Shown one piece after another: positions 1 to 9,098 of a stretch of DNA of 61,584 nucleotides. Below the pieces are notes generated by a model, which was not told where the DNA came from, searched no databases, and saw nothing but the letters and a program-made list of their open reading frames with translations. The DNA comes from a virus (Duplodnaviria; Caudoviricetes), in the IMG/VR virus record IMGVR_UViG_3300025759_000098, positions 1-61,584 of that record; one strand, written 5' to 3'. The translations under genes were made by a program, and so were the position numbers. Each line of letters begins with the position of its first letter. Position 1 is the first letter of the stretch.

Positions 1-184
1 GAGGGGGGCTAGGAGAGGGGGGGCAACACTACACCCCAATATTTATAATATGGTTTTTTTATGACATTAGCTTATTAAGAAGAATATAGTAACTACCAAA
101 TGTCACACTTTCACTTAAATAAATATTTTTCTATGTAACTATGTAAAATAGTTAACTAAATAAAGAAATATAAAACATAATATT

Positions 185-850
185 ATGGGTAAGTTTAAAA
201 TGAAAGGACCCTCTCTATATAGAAAAGATCCTGTATCACCAATGAAACAAGATAATAGCTTAAGTGAGTATGATGAGCAGGGAACTTTTACGGGAAATGT
301 ACTACCAACGGCTAGTGATGAATTAAAAGATAACAGGTACATGACAAGTGGTGGTGAGTTTACATCAAGACCTATGAGTAAAGGAGAACAAAAGCAAGCT
401 GATTACGCTACAATGTTTACGAAAGGCAAAGGTGATAATCTTAGATATGGAGACAAATCGATACCTGGAAGAACACAGTGGATTAGAGAAAATTATGGTA
501 GAGGCTTGAGCAAGAGAGAACAAAGAAAGGCAGAAATAGCTTTTTACAAAGCACATCCTCCTTCGTCGTTTAGAGTCCCAGCAGGACAAGGTGGTGAACG
601 ACCACAGCAGGGCACACAACAACCAACAGAAACAAAACAATCTCAGAGATATACAATTGAAGAAAAAGGAGATGATCCGACAGAATTAACTAAAGCAGTA
701 TCTCAAGGATATTTTAAACGAGGACAAGGAAGTGAGTATTACAAAAACAGACCAGTACCATCTGACTTTGACGTACCAGGTGAGTATGTAGAAGCTATCA
801 CTAAATTTGATGAAGAATTCAAGAAAAAGTACCCTAACGCAAAATTATAA
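185..850 (+). CDS. Hypothetical protein with FKMKG leader (putative virion cargo)
   Basis: 221-aa ORF; starts MGKFKMKG, followed by SPMKQ box. Confidence 0.75.
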   Translation: MGKFKMKGPSLYRKDPVSPMKQDNSLSEYDEQGTFTGNVLPTASDELKDNRYMTSGGEFTSRPMSKGEQKQADYATMFTKGKGDNLRYGDKSIPGRTQWIRENYGRGLSKREQRKAEIAFYKAHPPSSFRVPAGQGGERPQQGTQQPTETKQSQRYTIEEKGDDPTELTKAVSQGYFKRGQGSEYYKNRPVPSDFDVPGEYVEAITKFDEEFKKKYPNAKL

Positions 851-873
851 ACTTTAAAGTAAAAAATAAAACA

Positions 874-1803
874 ATGGCATTTAAAATGAAAGGTGACCCA
901 TACAAAATGGGTAAAATCGCAACTAAGAATACTATGGCTCAAATGAGAACATCGTACAAGATGAAAGAAGCTATGGCTAAAATGAAACATGGAGAAAACA
1001 CTAAATCTCCCGATAAAGACGGAATTACTATGAAGAAAAATTCTCCATACCCAGCCGCTAAACCAGATTATCCAGACATCGATGGAGATGGTAACACTAC
1101 TGAGTCTATGAAAAAAGCCGCTGCTGACAAAAAGTCATCACCAGCACAAATGGAAGCAAAAAAAATAATATCAAAATCCGGAGATAAAATTATGTATGCT
1201 AAAGGTGGTAGACATTCGGCGGACGGAAGTACAAAGGAAAAAGGTAGATATACCACTTATACTAAAAAAGACGATGGTACTTATACTAAAAAAGTAGAAA
1301 CAGCTAAAAAAGGATCTAAGAGTGACGATGATAAAAAAGTAAGAAAAGAAAAAACTATTTCTGCTAAAAGAGCTGAGCGTCAAATAAAAAGAAAAGCAAG
1401 AAAAGCAGATAAAAGCGAAAGAAAAGCTGATGTTAAATTCATGAAATCACGTGCTAAACAAGCGGTAAAAGCAGGGGCTGATAAAAAGAAAGTAAGAGCT
1501 GATCTTAAAAAAATAAAAAAAGATATAAAAAATAGACCTTCAGAGCCTATTCCAACAGTCAAATCAAAAACAAAAAGGCCTACGCCAGTAACTATGAAGT
1601 CGCCTTTAGAACAAGAGAAAATTAAAAATAAAAAAAGAAAATTATCAGTATTAGATAAATTGTCTGCAGCTAGCAGGGCTATATCAACATCTGAAGGACC
1701 TTTTGGAGACACTAACTTTATGGATCGTTATAAAGAAGCAAAAAGAGGAATTAGAAAAACAGGTATAAGATCTAAAGATGCGTTAATGGGAAGCAATCGA
1801 TAA
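874..1803 (+). CDS. Lys-rich protein with MAFKMKG leader (putative cargo polyprotein)
   Basis: 309 aa; MAFKMKG start; SPAQM and SPLEQ boxes; DIDGDG acidic loop. Confidence 0.75.
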   Translation: MAFKMKGDPYKMGKIATKNTMAQMRTSYKMKEAMAKMKHGENTKSPDKDGITMKKNSPYPAAKPDYPDIDGDGNTTESMKKAAADKKSSPAQMEAKKIISKSGDKIMYAKGGRHSADGSTKEKGRYTTYTKKDDGTYTKKVETAKKGSKSDDDKKVRKEKTISAKRAERQIKRKARKADKSERKADVKFMKSRAKQAVKAGADKKKVRADLKKIKKDIKNRPSEPIPTVKSKTKRPTPVTMKSPLEQEKIKNKKRKLSVLDKLSAASRAISTSEGPFGDTNFMDRYKEAKRGIRKTGIRSKDALMGSNR

Positions 1804-1831
1804 ATAAATTATTAACCATAAATAAAACGTT

Positions 1832-2083
1832 ATGTCAGGATTTAAAATGAAAGGAAGCCCAATGCAGAGAAACTTTGGTGTAGGAGCTTCACCAGTGAAA
1901 CACGGTGACGGTTCTTGGGGTGGAACAGACGAAGCGCCTGTAGTAGAAAATGTTATGGAGAAAAAGGCTCAAGCTAGACAAACAAAAAAAGTACCTCAAC
2001 CGCCACCAAGAACAGAATTTCACACAGACAAAACATATGCGCTAACATTAGCTAAATGGAAGCGTGATAATGGAATAGAATAA
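1832..2083 (+). CDS. Small protein with FKMKG leader
   Basis: 83 aa; MSGFKMKGSPM...SPVKH. Confidence 0.7.
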   Translation: MSGFKMKGSPMQRNFGVGASPVKHGDGSWGGTDEAPVVENVMEKKAQARQTKKVPQPPPRTEFHTDKTYALTLAKWKRDNGIE

Positions 2084-2115
2084 CAAAATAATTATTAACC
2101 AAAAATAAAACCAAA

Positions 2116-2406
2116 ATGACCTATTTGTATTACAAGACCAGTACACTAACTGGCAACCAAAAACCTAATGAAAAAACTATTAACCAATGGAAACATCTTT
2201 CAGATAAAAAGAACTGGAGGATAACTCAATTAGCTAATGGTTATTATCAAACCGAAGTGTCTGAACCAGAAACCGATAATTGGCACGCGGTAACAAGAAG
2301 AGAAACAATAGAAGGTGCCGAAGCCGCTATTGAAGGTAGCATCGAGCACTTTTCTAAGAAACTAGAGTCTGTAAAAGGACCTAAAGTAATAAAAACTTTT
2401 AAATAA
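2116..2406 (+). CDS. Hypothetical phage protein
   Basis: 96-aa ORF with A-rich upstream region, in the co-oriented gene run. Confidence 0.7.
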   Translation: MTYLYYKTSTLTGNQKPNEKTINQWKHLSDKKNWRITQLANGYYQTEVSEPETDNWHAVTRRETIEGAEAAIEGSIEHFSKKLESVKGPKVIKTFK

Positions 2407-2413
2407 AAAAAAT

Positions 2414-2944
2414 ATGGCGTATAAACAAAAAGGTTTTCCAATGCACTCTGTGTCTGCTTTAAAAATGGAAGAGCCTAGAATAGCGAGACGTAGACAAACA
2501 GATTCAGGTATGATGGATAAACCGCAACAGCGTGAAGCTAGATTGGAACGACCAGAAAGAGATCCAATGGCAGAAATGCGTAGAAAAAAACTACAAGGAT
2601 TAATGGACGAACCAGTAAAACCACCAGTTGAAAGATCAATGGTTGAAGAATCAATGATGAAAGGTGCTAATATAGGTGGAGCTGTATCTCCTAGTCAAGT
2701 TGAGACTACACAAAGTACTAGTGGAATGCCTACGTTTAATATCTCTGATTTAGAGGGTGTATCTGATAAGAGAAAATCTATAGCTTATGGTAACATTGCT
2801 GACACACCTAAAAATCAAGCGTTAATACAGAAACAACAAGAATTAAACGAGTGGAAAAATAATAATCCAGATATGTCAGACGCAGATTTTGCTAATTGGC
2901 AAAAACAGATGAATCTAATACGGTCTCAGTTTACTCATAACTAA
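2414..2944 (+). CDS. Hypothetical protein with MAYKQKG leader variant
   Basis: 176 aa; MAYKQKGFPM resembles MAFKMKGFPM of ORF 5627. Confidence 0.7.
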   Translation: MAYKQKGFPMHSVSALKMEEPRIARRRQTDSGMMDKPQQREARLERPERDPMAEMRRKKLQGLMDEPVKPPVERSMVEESMMKGANIGGAVSPSQVETTQSTSGMPTFNISDLEGVSDKRKSIAYGNIADTPKNQALIQKQQELNEWKNNNPDMSDADFANWQKQMNLIRSQFTHN

Positions 2945-2981
2945 TAGAACGCGTAAAAAATTTAATTTAATTTAATAAAAT

Positions 2982-4547
2982 ATGGAATACAATCTACCTA
3001 GCGAGATTGTCAAAGACTTAAACTTTGGCAATGACGCTAAAAAACGAATAATTGCTGGTGTTCATAAGCTAGCACAAGCCGTAAAATCCACACTAGGCGC
3101 TTCTGGTAAGTGCGTAATATACGAAGATGGACGCGGTAAACCGGTTATCACAAAAGACGGAGTAACAGTAGCAGAATCTGTTGTCTTGTTTGATCCGGTT
3201 GAAAACATGGGAGCTACACTTATTAAAGAAGCAGCAAGAAATACTGTAAAAGAAGCCGGAGATGGTACTACTACAGCTACAGTTCTTGCTGAAGCCCTCA
3301 TAAAACAAGTTAACCACGAAAAATACCATGGTACTTCTATAAGAGAAATAAAAGAAGGTATCAATTCTTGTCTTGAAAAAGTAAATAATTACCTAAATGG
3401 CGCTAAAATAGACGTAAAAGGTAACATGTTACACAATGTTAGCGCTATTAGCTGTAATAACGACAAAGAATTAGGTAAAATTATATCAGAAGCTTACGAA
3501 AAAGTAGGTGAAAACGGTGTAGTTTTAATGGAAGAGTCACCAACAGAAGAAACTTACGTTGAGATTGTTGATGGAGCGCAAATAGAGTGTGGTTTAACAT
3601 CACCTCACTTTATAACAGATACTGAAAAACAAAGATCTGTACTAGAAAATCCATATATTCTTATTGTAGAGTCAGAAATACCTAACGTTAGAAAAATACA
3701 AAACGTATTAGAGTTCGTAATTAAGCAAAACCGAGCTTTACTTATAGTAGCTTCAGTAGCACAGCAGGTAAAGTCAGCGCTTTTAATGAATAAAGTTAAA
3801 GGTAATATCAAAGTAAACATAATAGACTTACCAGGCTTTGGTCCTACTAAGAGAGACACTGTAAAAGATTTAGCTATTTTAACAAATGCCATTGTTATAA
3901 ACGAAGAGCTAGGTGATGATTTAGACGGTATATCACTAGATGTGCTAGGTGAAGCTAAGAAAACTGTTACCGAAGACAGAAATACTATAATAACTACTTT
4001 AGACACTGATCAAGAGATAGAAGAAAGAATAAAAGAAGTACATAAACTAATAAAAAAAGAAAAGAACGGTTATATAAAGAAAAAACTAGAAGAAAGACTA
4101 GCTTTATTATCAGGTTCTGTAGGTGTTATAAAGGTTGGTGCTGATTCAAAAGTAGAGCTAAAAGAAAAGAAAGATAGAGTAGAAGATGCTATATATGCCA
4201 CAAAGGCGGCCTTAAAAGAAGGTATCGTACCAGGAGGTGGTGTAGCGCTATTAAACGCATCGGAAAGAGTATGCTCTGAGAATATAGGTGAAACAATACT
4301 ATTAAACGCTATTACAGCTCCTTGTGAAACTATATTATCTAACGCTGGTATAGAAAAAGAAGGAGAACTTGCTGAAGGCCGTGGTATTGATGTTGTAACT
4401 GGTAAAGAGGTTGACATGGTAGAGTTTGGTATCATAGATCCAGTACTTGTTACTAAGACAGCACTTAAAAATGCCGTTTCTGTTGTAACTACTATTATAT
4501 CCGCTGATTGTGTAATTTCAAATATTAGACTAAATGAAGGCAGTTAA
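2982..4547 (+). CDS. groEL: Phage chaperonin GroEL (Cpn60)
   Basis: ITKDGVTVA, AGDGTTTATVLA, EGIVPGGG and GIIDP motifs; no C-terminal GGM tail. Confidence 0.95.
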   Translation: MEYNLPSEIVKDLNFGNDAKKRIIAGVHKLAQAVKSTLGASGKCVIYEDGRGKPVITKDGVTVAESVVLFDPVENMGATLIKEAARNTVKEAGDGTTTATVLAEALIKQVNHEKYHGTSIREIKEGINSCLEKVNNYLNGAKIDVKGNMLHNVSAISCNNDKELGKIISEAYEKVGENGVVLMEESPTEETYVEIVDGAQIECGLTSPHFITDTEKQRSVLENPYILIVESEIPNVRKIQNVLEFVIKQNRALLIVASVAQQVKSALLMNKVKGNIKVNIIDLPGFGPTKRDTVKDLAILTNAIVINEELGDDLDGISLDVLGEAKKTVTEDRNTIITTLDTDQEIEERIKEVHKLIKKEKNGYIKKKLEERLALLSGSVGVIKVGADSKVELKEKKDRVEDAIYATKAALKEGIVPGGGVALLNASERVCSENIGETILLNAITAPCETILSNAGIEKEGELAEGRGIDVVTGKEVDMVEFGIIDPVLVTKTALKNAVSVVTTIISADCVISNIRLNEGS

Positions 4548-4791
4548 TTATTACATAATCATAGATCAAATAAAAGATGAGCCTAAGAAAGTTGGTGGAT
4601 TAATACTAACAGAAAGTGTAGATGATGACAATAGGTACTTAAAAGCTAAAGTTATATCTATTGGTAATCTTGTAGAAGGAGTATGTATTAACGATGTTAT
4701 ATATTACGATAAACACGCAGGCCACGGTATACAACATAAAGATAAATTTTACCACGTTATAAAACAACAAGACGTGGTACTTATAGATTAG
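4534..4791 (+). CDS. groES: Co-chaperonin GroES (Cpn10)
   Basis: 85 aa; KKVGGLIL mobile loop, KAKVISIG; overlaps end of groEL. Confidence 0.85.
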   Translation: MKAVNYYIIIDQIKDEPKKVGGLILTESVDDDNRYLKAKVISIGNLVEGVCINDVIYYDKHAGHGIQHKDKFYHVIKQQDVVLID

Positions 4792-4869
4792 ACCTAAGCC
4801 AGAAACCAAAAACCTTAAACTTAAAACAAACAAACAATTAACCTAATTATTAACTAAAAAATTACAATT

Positions 4870-5178
4870 ATGAAAATGTTTCATTTTGTTGACGCTGCAG
4901 GTACAGACGAACACATTGTACCTATTTCAGAGATCAAAACCATTAAAGTAGCTGATGCGACTTCGGTGATTATATATATCACATCTTTTGATCCAGCTGT
5001 AGCAGCTTATGGTAACGTTGATTTAACAGTTACATCTGGTAAATCTGACGAAGTTGCTTTAAGATTAGCGGAGTACATGTCATCAACTAGTATTGGTGGT
5101 AATAACACGCTTACTATTAAAGCATCTACAGCTCCATTTACAGAAATAAGCGCAGTTGCATGGACTGATGGTGCTTAA
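4870..5178 (+). CDS. Hypothetical protein, possibly structural
   Basis: 102-aa Thr/Ala/Val-rich ORF. Confidence 0.65.
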   Translation: MKMFHFVDAAGTDEHIVPISEIKTIKVADATSVIIYITSFDPAVAAYGNVDLTVTSGKSDEVALRLAEYMSSTSIGGNNTLTIKASTAPFTEISAVAWTDGA

Positions 5179-5184
5179 TCTTAA

Positions 5185-5625
5185 ATGAGATTAACCGCGC
5201 AAGATCTGCGTGAAATGAATATCCTTAAGTATTACAGGCTCACAAGAAAGTGGGCTTGTAAGACTTACGGATTAACAGATGCAGATTTAGAATTATTAAT
5301 TTACTTAGATTGTAAAGGAAGATTTACACGAAACGAATTTATAGATGGTACTTATACCATGAGCTGGGATAAAAACCGGTGGGAAAAACTAAGAAGAGAA
5401 GGTTGGATAGAAACTTGGAGACACAGAAACAGAACTACAATAAAGTTTTCGGTGTTTAAAACCTCGTTCAAATGTTCTCAGTTAATAAGTAGAATATATA
5501 GAATACTTTTAGGACAAGAAGACCTACCTACTTCAGAGAGAAGTAAGTTTTATAATAACAAATCATATACAGATAAAGTTTATAATAAAGCTATAGATGA
5601 TATGATAAAAGATAAAGACAGATAA
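5185..5625 (+). CDS. Putative winged-helix (MarR-like) DNA-binding protein
   Basis: YGLTDADLELLIYL...LRREGWIE pattern resembles a wHTH; function inferred. Confidence 0.5.
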   Translation: MRLTAQDLREMNILKYYRLTRKWACKTYGLTDADLELLIYLDCKGRFTRNEFIDGTYTMSWDKNRWEKLRREGWIETWRHRNRTTIKFSVFKTSFKCSQLISRIYRILLGQEDLPTSERSKFYNNKSYTDKVYNKAIDDMIKDKDR

Positions 5626-5626
5626 T

Positions 5627-6001
5627 ATGGCATTTAAAATGAAAGGCTTTCCTATGATACAAGGATCTTCGCCTGCAAAGAACTACAATAATTTACAAAA
5701 CTATAAAGTGTTTAATATGGGCAATAAACCTGATGGTCCATTTAAACAAGACGACACACCGGGATCACAAAACCCTAAATTTCCAGAAGTAGTGTACACT
5801 ATAGATGGTAAGGCAGTTAAAAGTATTGATATCAACGAAGGGCGGTTAGATTTAAAACCAAGTATAGGGCCAAAAGGAAAATATGTAAACTATGATAAAG
5901 GTGATGGTACAAAAATAAAATACTACTACAAAAACCCTGTAAAAGCACCAGATCAAGGTAAGTTTAGTGATTTAGAAAAATACGACGACGATAAAAACTA
6001 A
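5627..6001 (+). CDS. Small protein with MAFKMKG leader
   Basis: 124 aa; MAFKMKGFPM, SPAKN, GPFKQ. Confidence 0.7.
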   Translation: MAFKMKGFPMIQGSSPAKNYNNLQNYKVFNMGNKPDGPFKQDDTPGSQNPKFPEVVYTIDGKAVKSIDINEGRLDLKPSIGPKGKYVNYDKGDGTKIKYYYKNPVKAPDQGKFSDLEKYDDDKN

Positions 6002-6010
6002 AATACAACT

Positions 6011-6466
6011 ATGGGATTTAAAATGAAATACAAAAACCTCCAAGAGGTAGTAAATCAATTAAGAAATGCCGTAAAAGCGCACGGCAAACAAGCTGATGTT
6101 GTAGAGAAGCATATAAAAGAGATGGATAAAAAGTCACCTTTAGAGCAAGAAGATGATCCAGGCTATACTGGTCTTAACTTCGACCCATCCGCTAGCTACA
6201 CTACAACAGGTGTTAAAATACCTGGTTTTAGAGATTTTGTTAGTTTAGAGCAGCAGAAAGCTATTAATAAAAGAATAGACGAAAGAAGGGCTAAAAAAAG
6301 AAAACAAAAAGAATTTAAAGAATTAGAAGAAGCAGGAGGAGGTAAACTTTCTCAAGAACAGTTAGATTATCAAAGATCAACAACAGATCCCGAGGCAGTA
6401 GTAAAAACACCTGGTGATGAGGAAAACGTGTTAAACATAAACACTAGTAGTAACTATGGCATTTAA
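6011..6466 (+). CDS. Protein with MGFKMK leader
   Basis: 151 aa; internal KSPLEQE identical to that in ORF 874. Confidence 0.7.
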   Translation: MGFKMKYKNLQEVVNQLRNAVKAHGKQADVVEKHIKEMDKKSPLEQEDDPGYTGLNFDPSASYTTTGVKIPGFRDFVSLEQQKAINKRIDERRAKKRKQKEFKELEEAGGGKLSQEQLDYQRSTTDPEAVVKTPGDEENVLNINTSSNYGI

Positions 6467-6851
6467 GATTAACAAATCAATAGTAAGAGGTACTGGTGAG
6501 CATAAAGATCTAGTGTTTAAAATGAAAAGAAAAAAACTAGGTAATGGTATTGCTGGTGAAGCTAATAATGACGGTACAATATTTGTTAGTAAAGACATAC
6601 CTAAAAATAGTCCTTTAGAAGCGGAAGTAGTTGCTCACGAAGGAGATCATATGCTACGTATGGAAACTGGTGAGTTAGGGTATGATGACAACTCTGTAAC
6701 TTGGAGAGGTAATAAATATCCTAGAAAAGACGGTAAAATAAAATATAAGGGGTCATGGAAGCCCGAAGGTGATAAATCATTTCCATGGGAAAAATTAGCG
6801 TACAAAGTAGGTACGAAAGCTAAAAAAGAAGCTACAAAAAAAAATAAATAA
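6456..6851 (+). CDS. Putative zincin-like metalloprotease (HExxH)
   Basis: VVAHEGDH at ~6627-6650, preceded by GxA..DGTIFV strand; MAFK start and internal FKMK. Confidence 0.6.
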   Translation: MAFKINKSIVRGTGEHKDLVFKMKRKKLGNGIAGEANNDGTIFVSKDIPKNSPLEAEVVAHEGDHMLRMETGELGYDDNSVTWRGNKYPRKDGKIKYKGSWKPEGDKSFPWEKLAYKVGTKAKKEATKKNK

Positions 6852-6853
6852 AA

Positions 6854-7231
6854 ATGGCAAGAAAATCAAAAGCAAAATTTAAAATGAAGGGTCACACCCT
6901 TCCTGGTATAAACCAAAAATCAGAAACACCAAATTTAAAAGATGGTAGATCACCTTCTTCTGCATTTCAAATGGAAACAAGTGGTGACAGTCCAAATAAG
7001 TTTTTAGGAGCTGGATTAATTGGTGCTGGTATTGGAGCATTAGGAAAAACTAAGTTTGGTAAAAATATAATGAACAAAGGTAAAGGATTACTAGGTGGTG
7101 TAGCTGGTAAAATATTCGGTGGTAAAGGTGGTGGAGGTGACGCTGGAGCTGCAGGAGGTCTTAAAGAAAAAATGGCTCAAAAAGTAGATGAAAAAGTAGA
7201 CGAGGCAGTAGAAGGAGCTTTAGAAGAATAG
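6854..7231 (+). CDS. Gly-rich protein with FKMKG leader
   Basis: 125 aa; AKFKMKG, SPNKF, then Gly-rich hydrophobic segment. Confidence 0.7.
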   Translation: MARKSKAKFKMKGHTLPGINQKSETPNLKDGRSPSSAFQMETSGDSPNKFLGAGLIGAGIGALGKTKFGKNIMNKGKGLLGGVAGKIFGGKGGGGDAGAAGGLKEKMAQKVDEKVDEAVEGALEE

Positions 7232-7232
7232 T

Positions 7233-7625
7233 ATGAGTATATTAGGTAAAATATTTTCAGGTGGAGCTACTGAATTAGTAAAAGGTGTAGGTGGTGTTAT
7301 AGATACTCTACACACTTCTAAAGAAGAAAAGCTTGAAGCTGAAAGAAAAATAAAAGATATGATAATGGGTTACGAAGCTGAGATGCAAAAGCAAGTAACT
7401 GAAAGATGGAAGGTTGATATGCAATCTGATTCTTGGTTATCAAAAAATATAAGACCATTAGTTTTAATATTCTTATGTGTATCAACAGTGTTGTTAATAT
7501 TTATCGATGCTGGTGTTATATCATTTGAAGTTAAAGCTTCATGGGTAGACTTATTACAATTAGTATTAATAACAGTGATCGGTGCTTACTTTGGTGGTAG
7601 ATCACTAGAAAAAGTAAAAAAATAA
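7233..7625 (+). CDS. Putative holin (GTA/3TM holin-like)
   Basis: SDSWLSKNIRPL motif, two hydrophobic helices, GAYFGGRSLEK end. Confidence 0.7.
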   Translation: MSILGKIFSGGATELVKGVGGVIDTLHTSKEEKLEAERKIKDMIMGYEAEMQKQVTERWKVDMQSDSWLSKNIRPLVLIFLCVSTVLLIFIDAGVISFEVKASWVDLLQLVLITVIGAYFGGRSLEKVKK

Positions 7626-7628
7626 ATT

Positions 7629-8000
7629 ATGGCAATATCACAAGATACAGCTTATGGCTTTGGTCAATTAGGATCAGTATATACTACTAACGGGCAAAAT
7701 GCGATTAGCCCACCAACAGGAAAGGTTTTTGTTGCTATCACAATGTTAGCTGACACTGTTTTTGACGCATCTGGAGGTTTAGTTGCTGATACCACAAACA
7801 CGGCAATTGCAGGTTTAGAGTACATAGGTACTGAAGTAGCTGCTCACAATTTAAGTGATGGTAGTGAAACCGCTATATCTGGTTCAGAAGGTTTAGTTGT
7901 AGATTCAGTTACGTTTCCAAAGGGAGTAACTATTTATGGCCGCTGGACTGAAATAGATGTTTCTTCTGGAGGTGGAATTATAGCTTATATAGGAGAATAA
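7629..8000 (+). CDS. Hypothetical structural protein
   Basis: 123 aa, beta-rich, FPKGVTIYGRW. Confidence 0.6.
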   Translation: MAISQDTAYGFGQLGSVYTTNGQNAISPPTGKVFVAITMLADTVFDASGGLVADTTNTAIAGLEYIGTEVAAHNLSDGSETAISGSEGLVVDSVTFPKGVTIYGRWTEIDVSSGGGIIAYIGE

Positions 8001-8794
8001 TGTTAGGATTAGGCGCTAGTTTAGTTTACGGTGGTGGTATAGATACAGAAATAAACCACTCTATATTATTCGACGGAACTAATGACGAAATAGATTTTAC
8101 TACATCTGCTTTTCAAACTGCTTTAGCTGATGGTAATTTTAAACTAACAGGTTCTGTATCTATATGGGCTAGAGTAAACACAACTGGCGCTAATGGACAA
8201 ATGTGGGACTTCGCTATAGACAGTAACAATAGAATACAACTACAGTATAAGCACGGTGATGATAGTTTTACAGGGACATATAGAGCGGGTGGTGCTAACA
8301 AAATAGCAAACTATGCTCCATCGGGCACGCAAGAGGGAGATGGCAACTTTCATCATATAGTAGTTACTTGGGATAGAGCTAGTGAAAACGAACTTAAACT
8401 ATATTACGATGGTAGTTTAAGAACAACTACAACATTAACAGCTACTTTAACCGGAGACTTTGATGACACTGCTGACGGTACACTTGGTCAAGATGGTGCT
8501 GGTGGTGTAGAGTTTTTAGCTGGTACATCATTTAATGGTAACGCAGACTATAATGGTTATCTTGATGACTTTGCTGTATACTCAACTGTTTTATCGTCTA
8601 GTGAAGTTACAACACTTTACAATAGTGGATCATCAAACCCAGGTAACGTTAACACCGTAGGTACAATTATAGCACATTGGCCTTTCAACGAAGGAACAGG
8701 TACTACTGTTACAGATAGAATAAACAGCTATGTAGGTACTCTTGGTGCTGGGGCTAATGCACCTACATTTAGTACTAACAACGCTGCTGGATAA
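8000..8794 (+). CDS. LamG/concanavalin A-like domain protein (possible capsid or tail appendage)
   Basis: FDGTND, FHHIVVTWD, LYYDG, GYLDDFAVY, WPFNEG motifs. Confidence 0.8.
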   Translation: MLGLGASLVYGGGIDTEINHSILFDGTNDEIDFTTSAFQTALADGNFKLTGSVSIWARVNTTGANGQMWDFAIDSNNRIQLQYKHGDDSFTGTYRAGGANKIANYAPSGTQEGDGNFHHIVVTWDRASENELKLYYDGSLRTTTTLTATLTGDFDDTADGTLGQDGAGGVEFLAGTSFNGNADYNGYLDDFAVYSTVLSSSEVTTLYNSGSSNPGNVNTVGTIIAHWPFNEGTGTTVTDRINSYVGTLGAGANAPTFSTNNAAG

Positions 8795-8825
8795 AAAAAT
8801 AAATAATTAAATTAAATTAAATAAA

Positions 8826-9098
8826 ATGGCAAAAAGAAAAACACCGAAGGCTAAAAAGCCTTCAAAAATAACTAACGACGAATTAAATAAAGTACAATCA
8901 ATTATTGATAACATAAACAGGGCTCAACTAGAAATAGGTAGCTTTGAAACTAAGAAACATAATCTATTACATCACGTGACAATAATGCAACAAAACTTAC
9001 GTGACATGCAGTTAGGACTTGAAAAGAGTTATGGTACGGCTGATATTAATATTGAAGATGGTACTATAAATTACGAGAACAATGGCAAAATTAATTAG
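8826..9098 (+). CDS. Hypothetical coiled-coil protein
   Basis: 90 aa; ends YGTADINIEDG. Confidence 0.65.
   Translation: MAKRKTPKAKKPSKITNDELNKVQSIIDNINRAQLEIGSFETKKHNLLHHVTIMQQNLRDMQLGLEKSYGTADINIEDGTINYENNGKIN

Noticed and set aside
185-6900. TTTAAAATGAAAGG as a DNA-level recombination site or integron-like cassette boundary
   Set aside because: It is always in frame at gene starts, shows synonymous and conservative variants (AAG, TAT AAA CAA) and no recombinase is present. A peptide-level signal explains it better, though recombination at it is not excluded.
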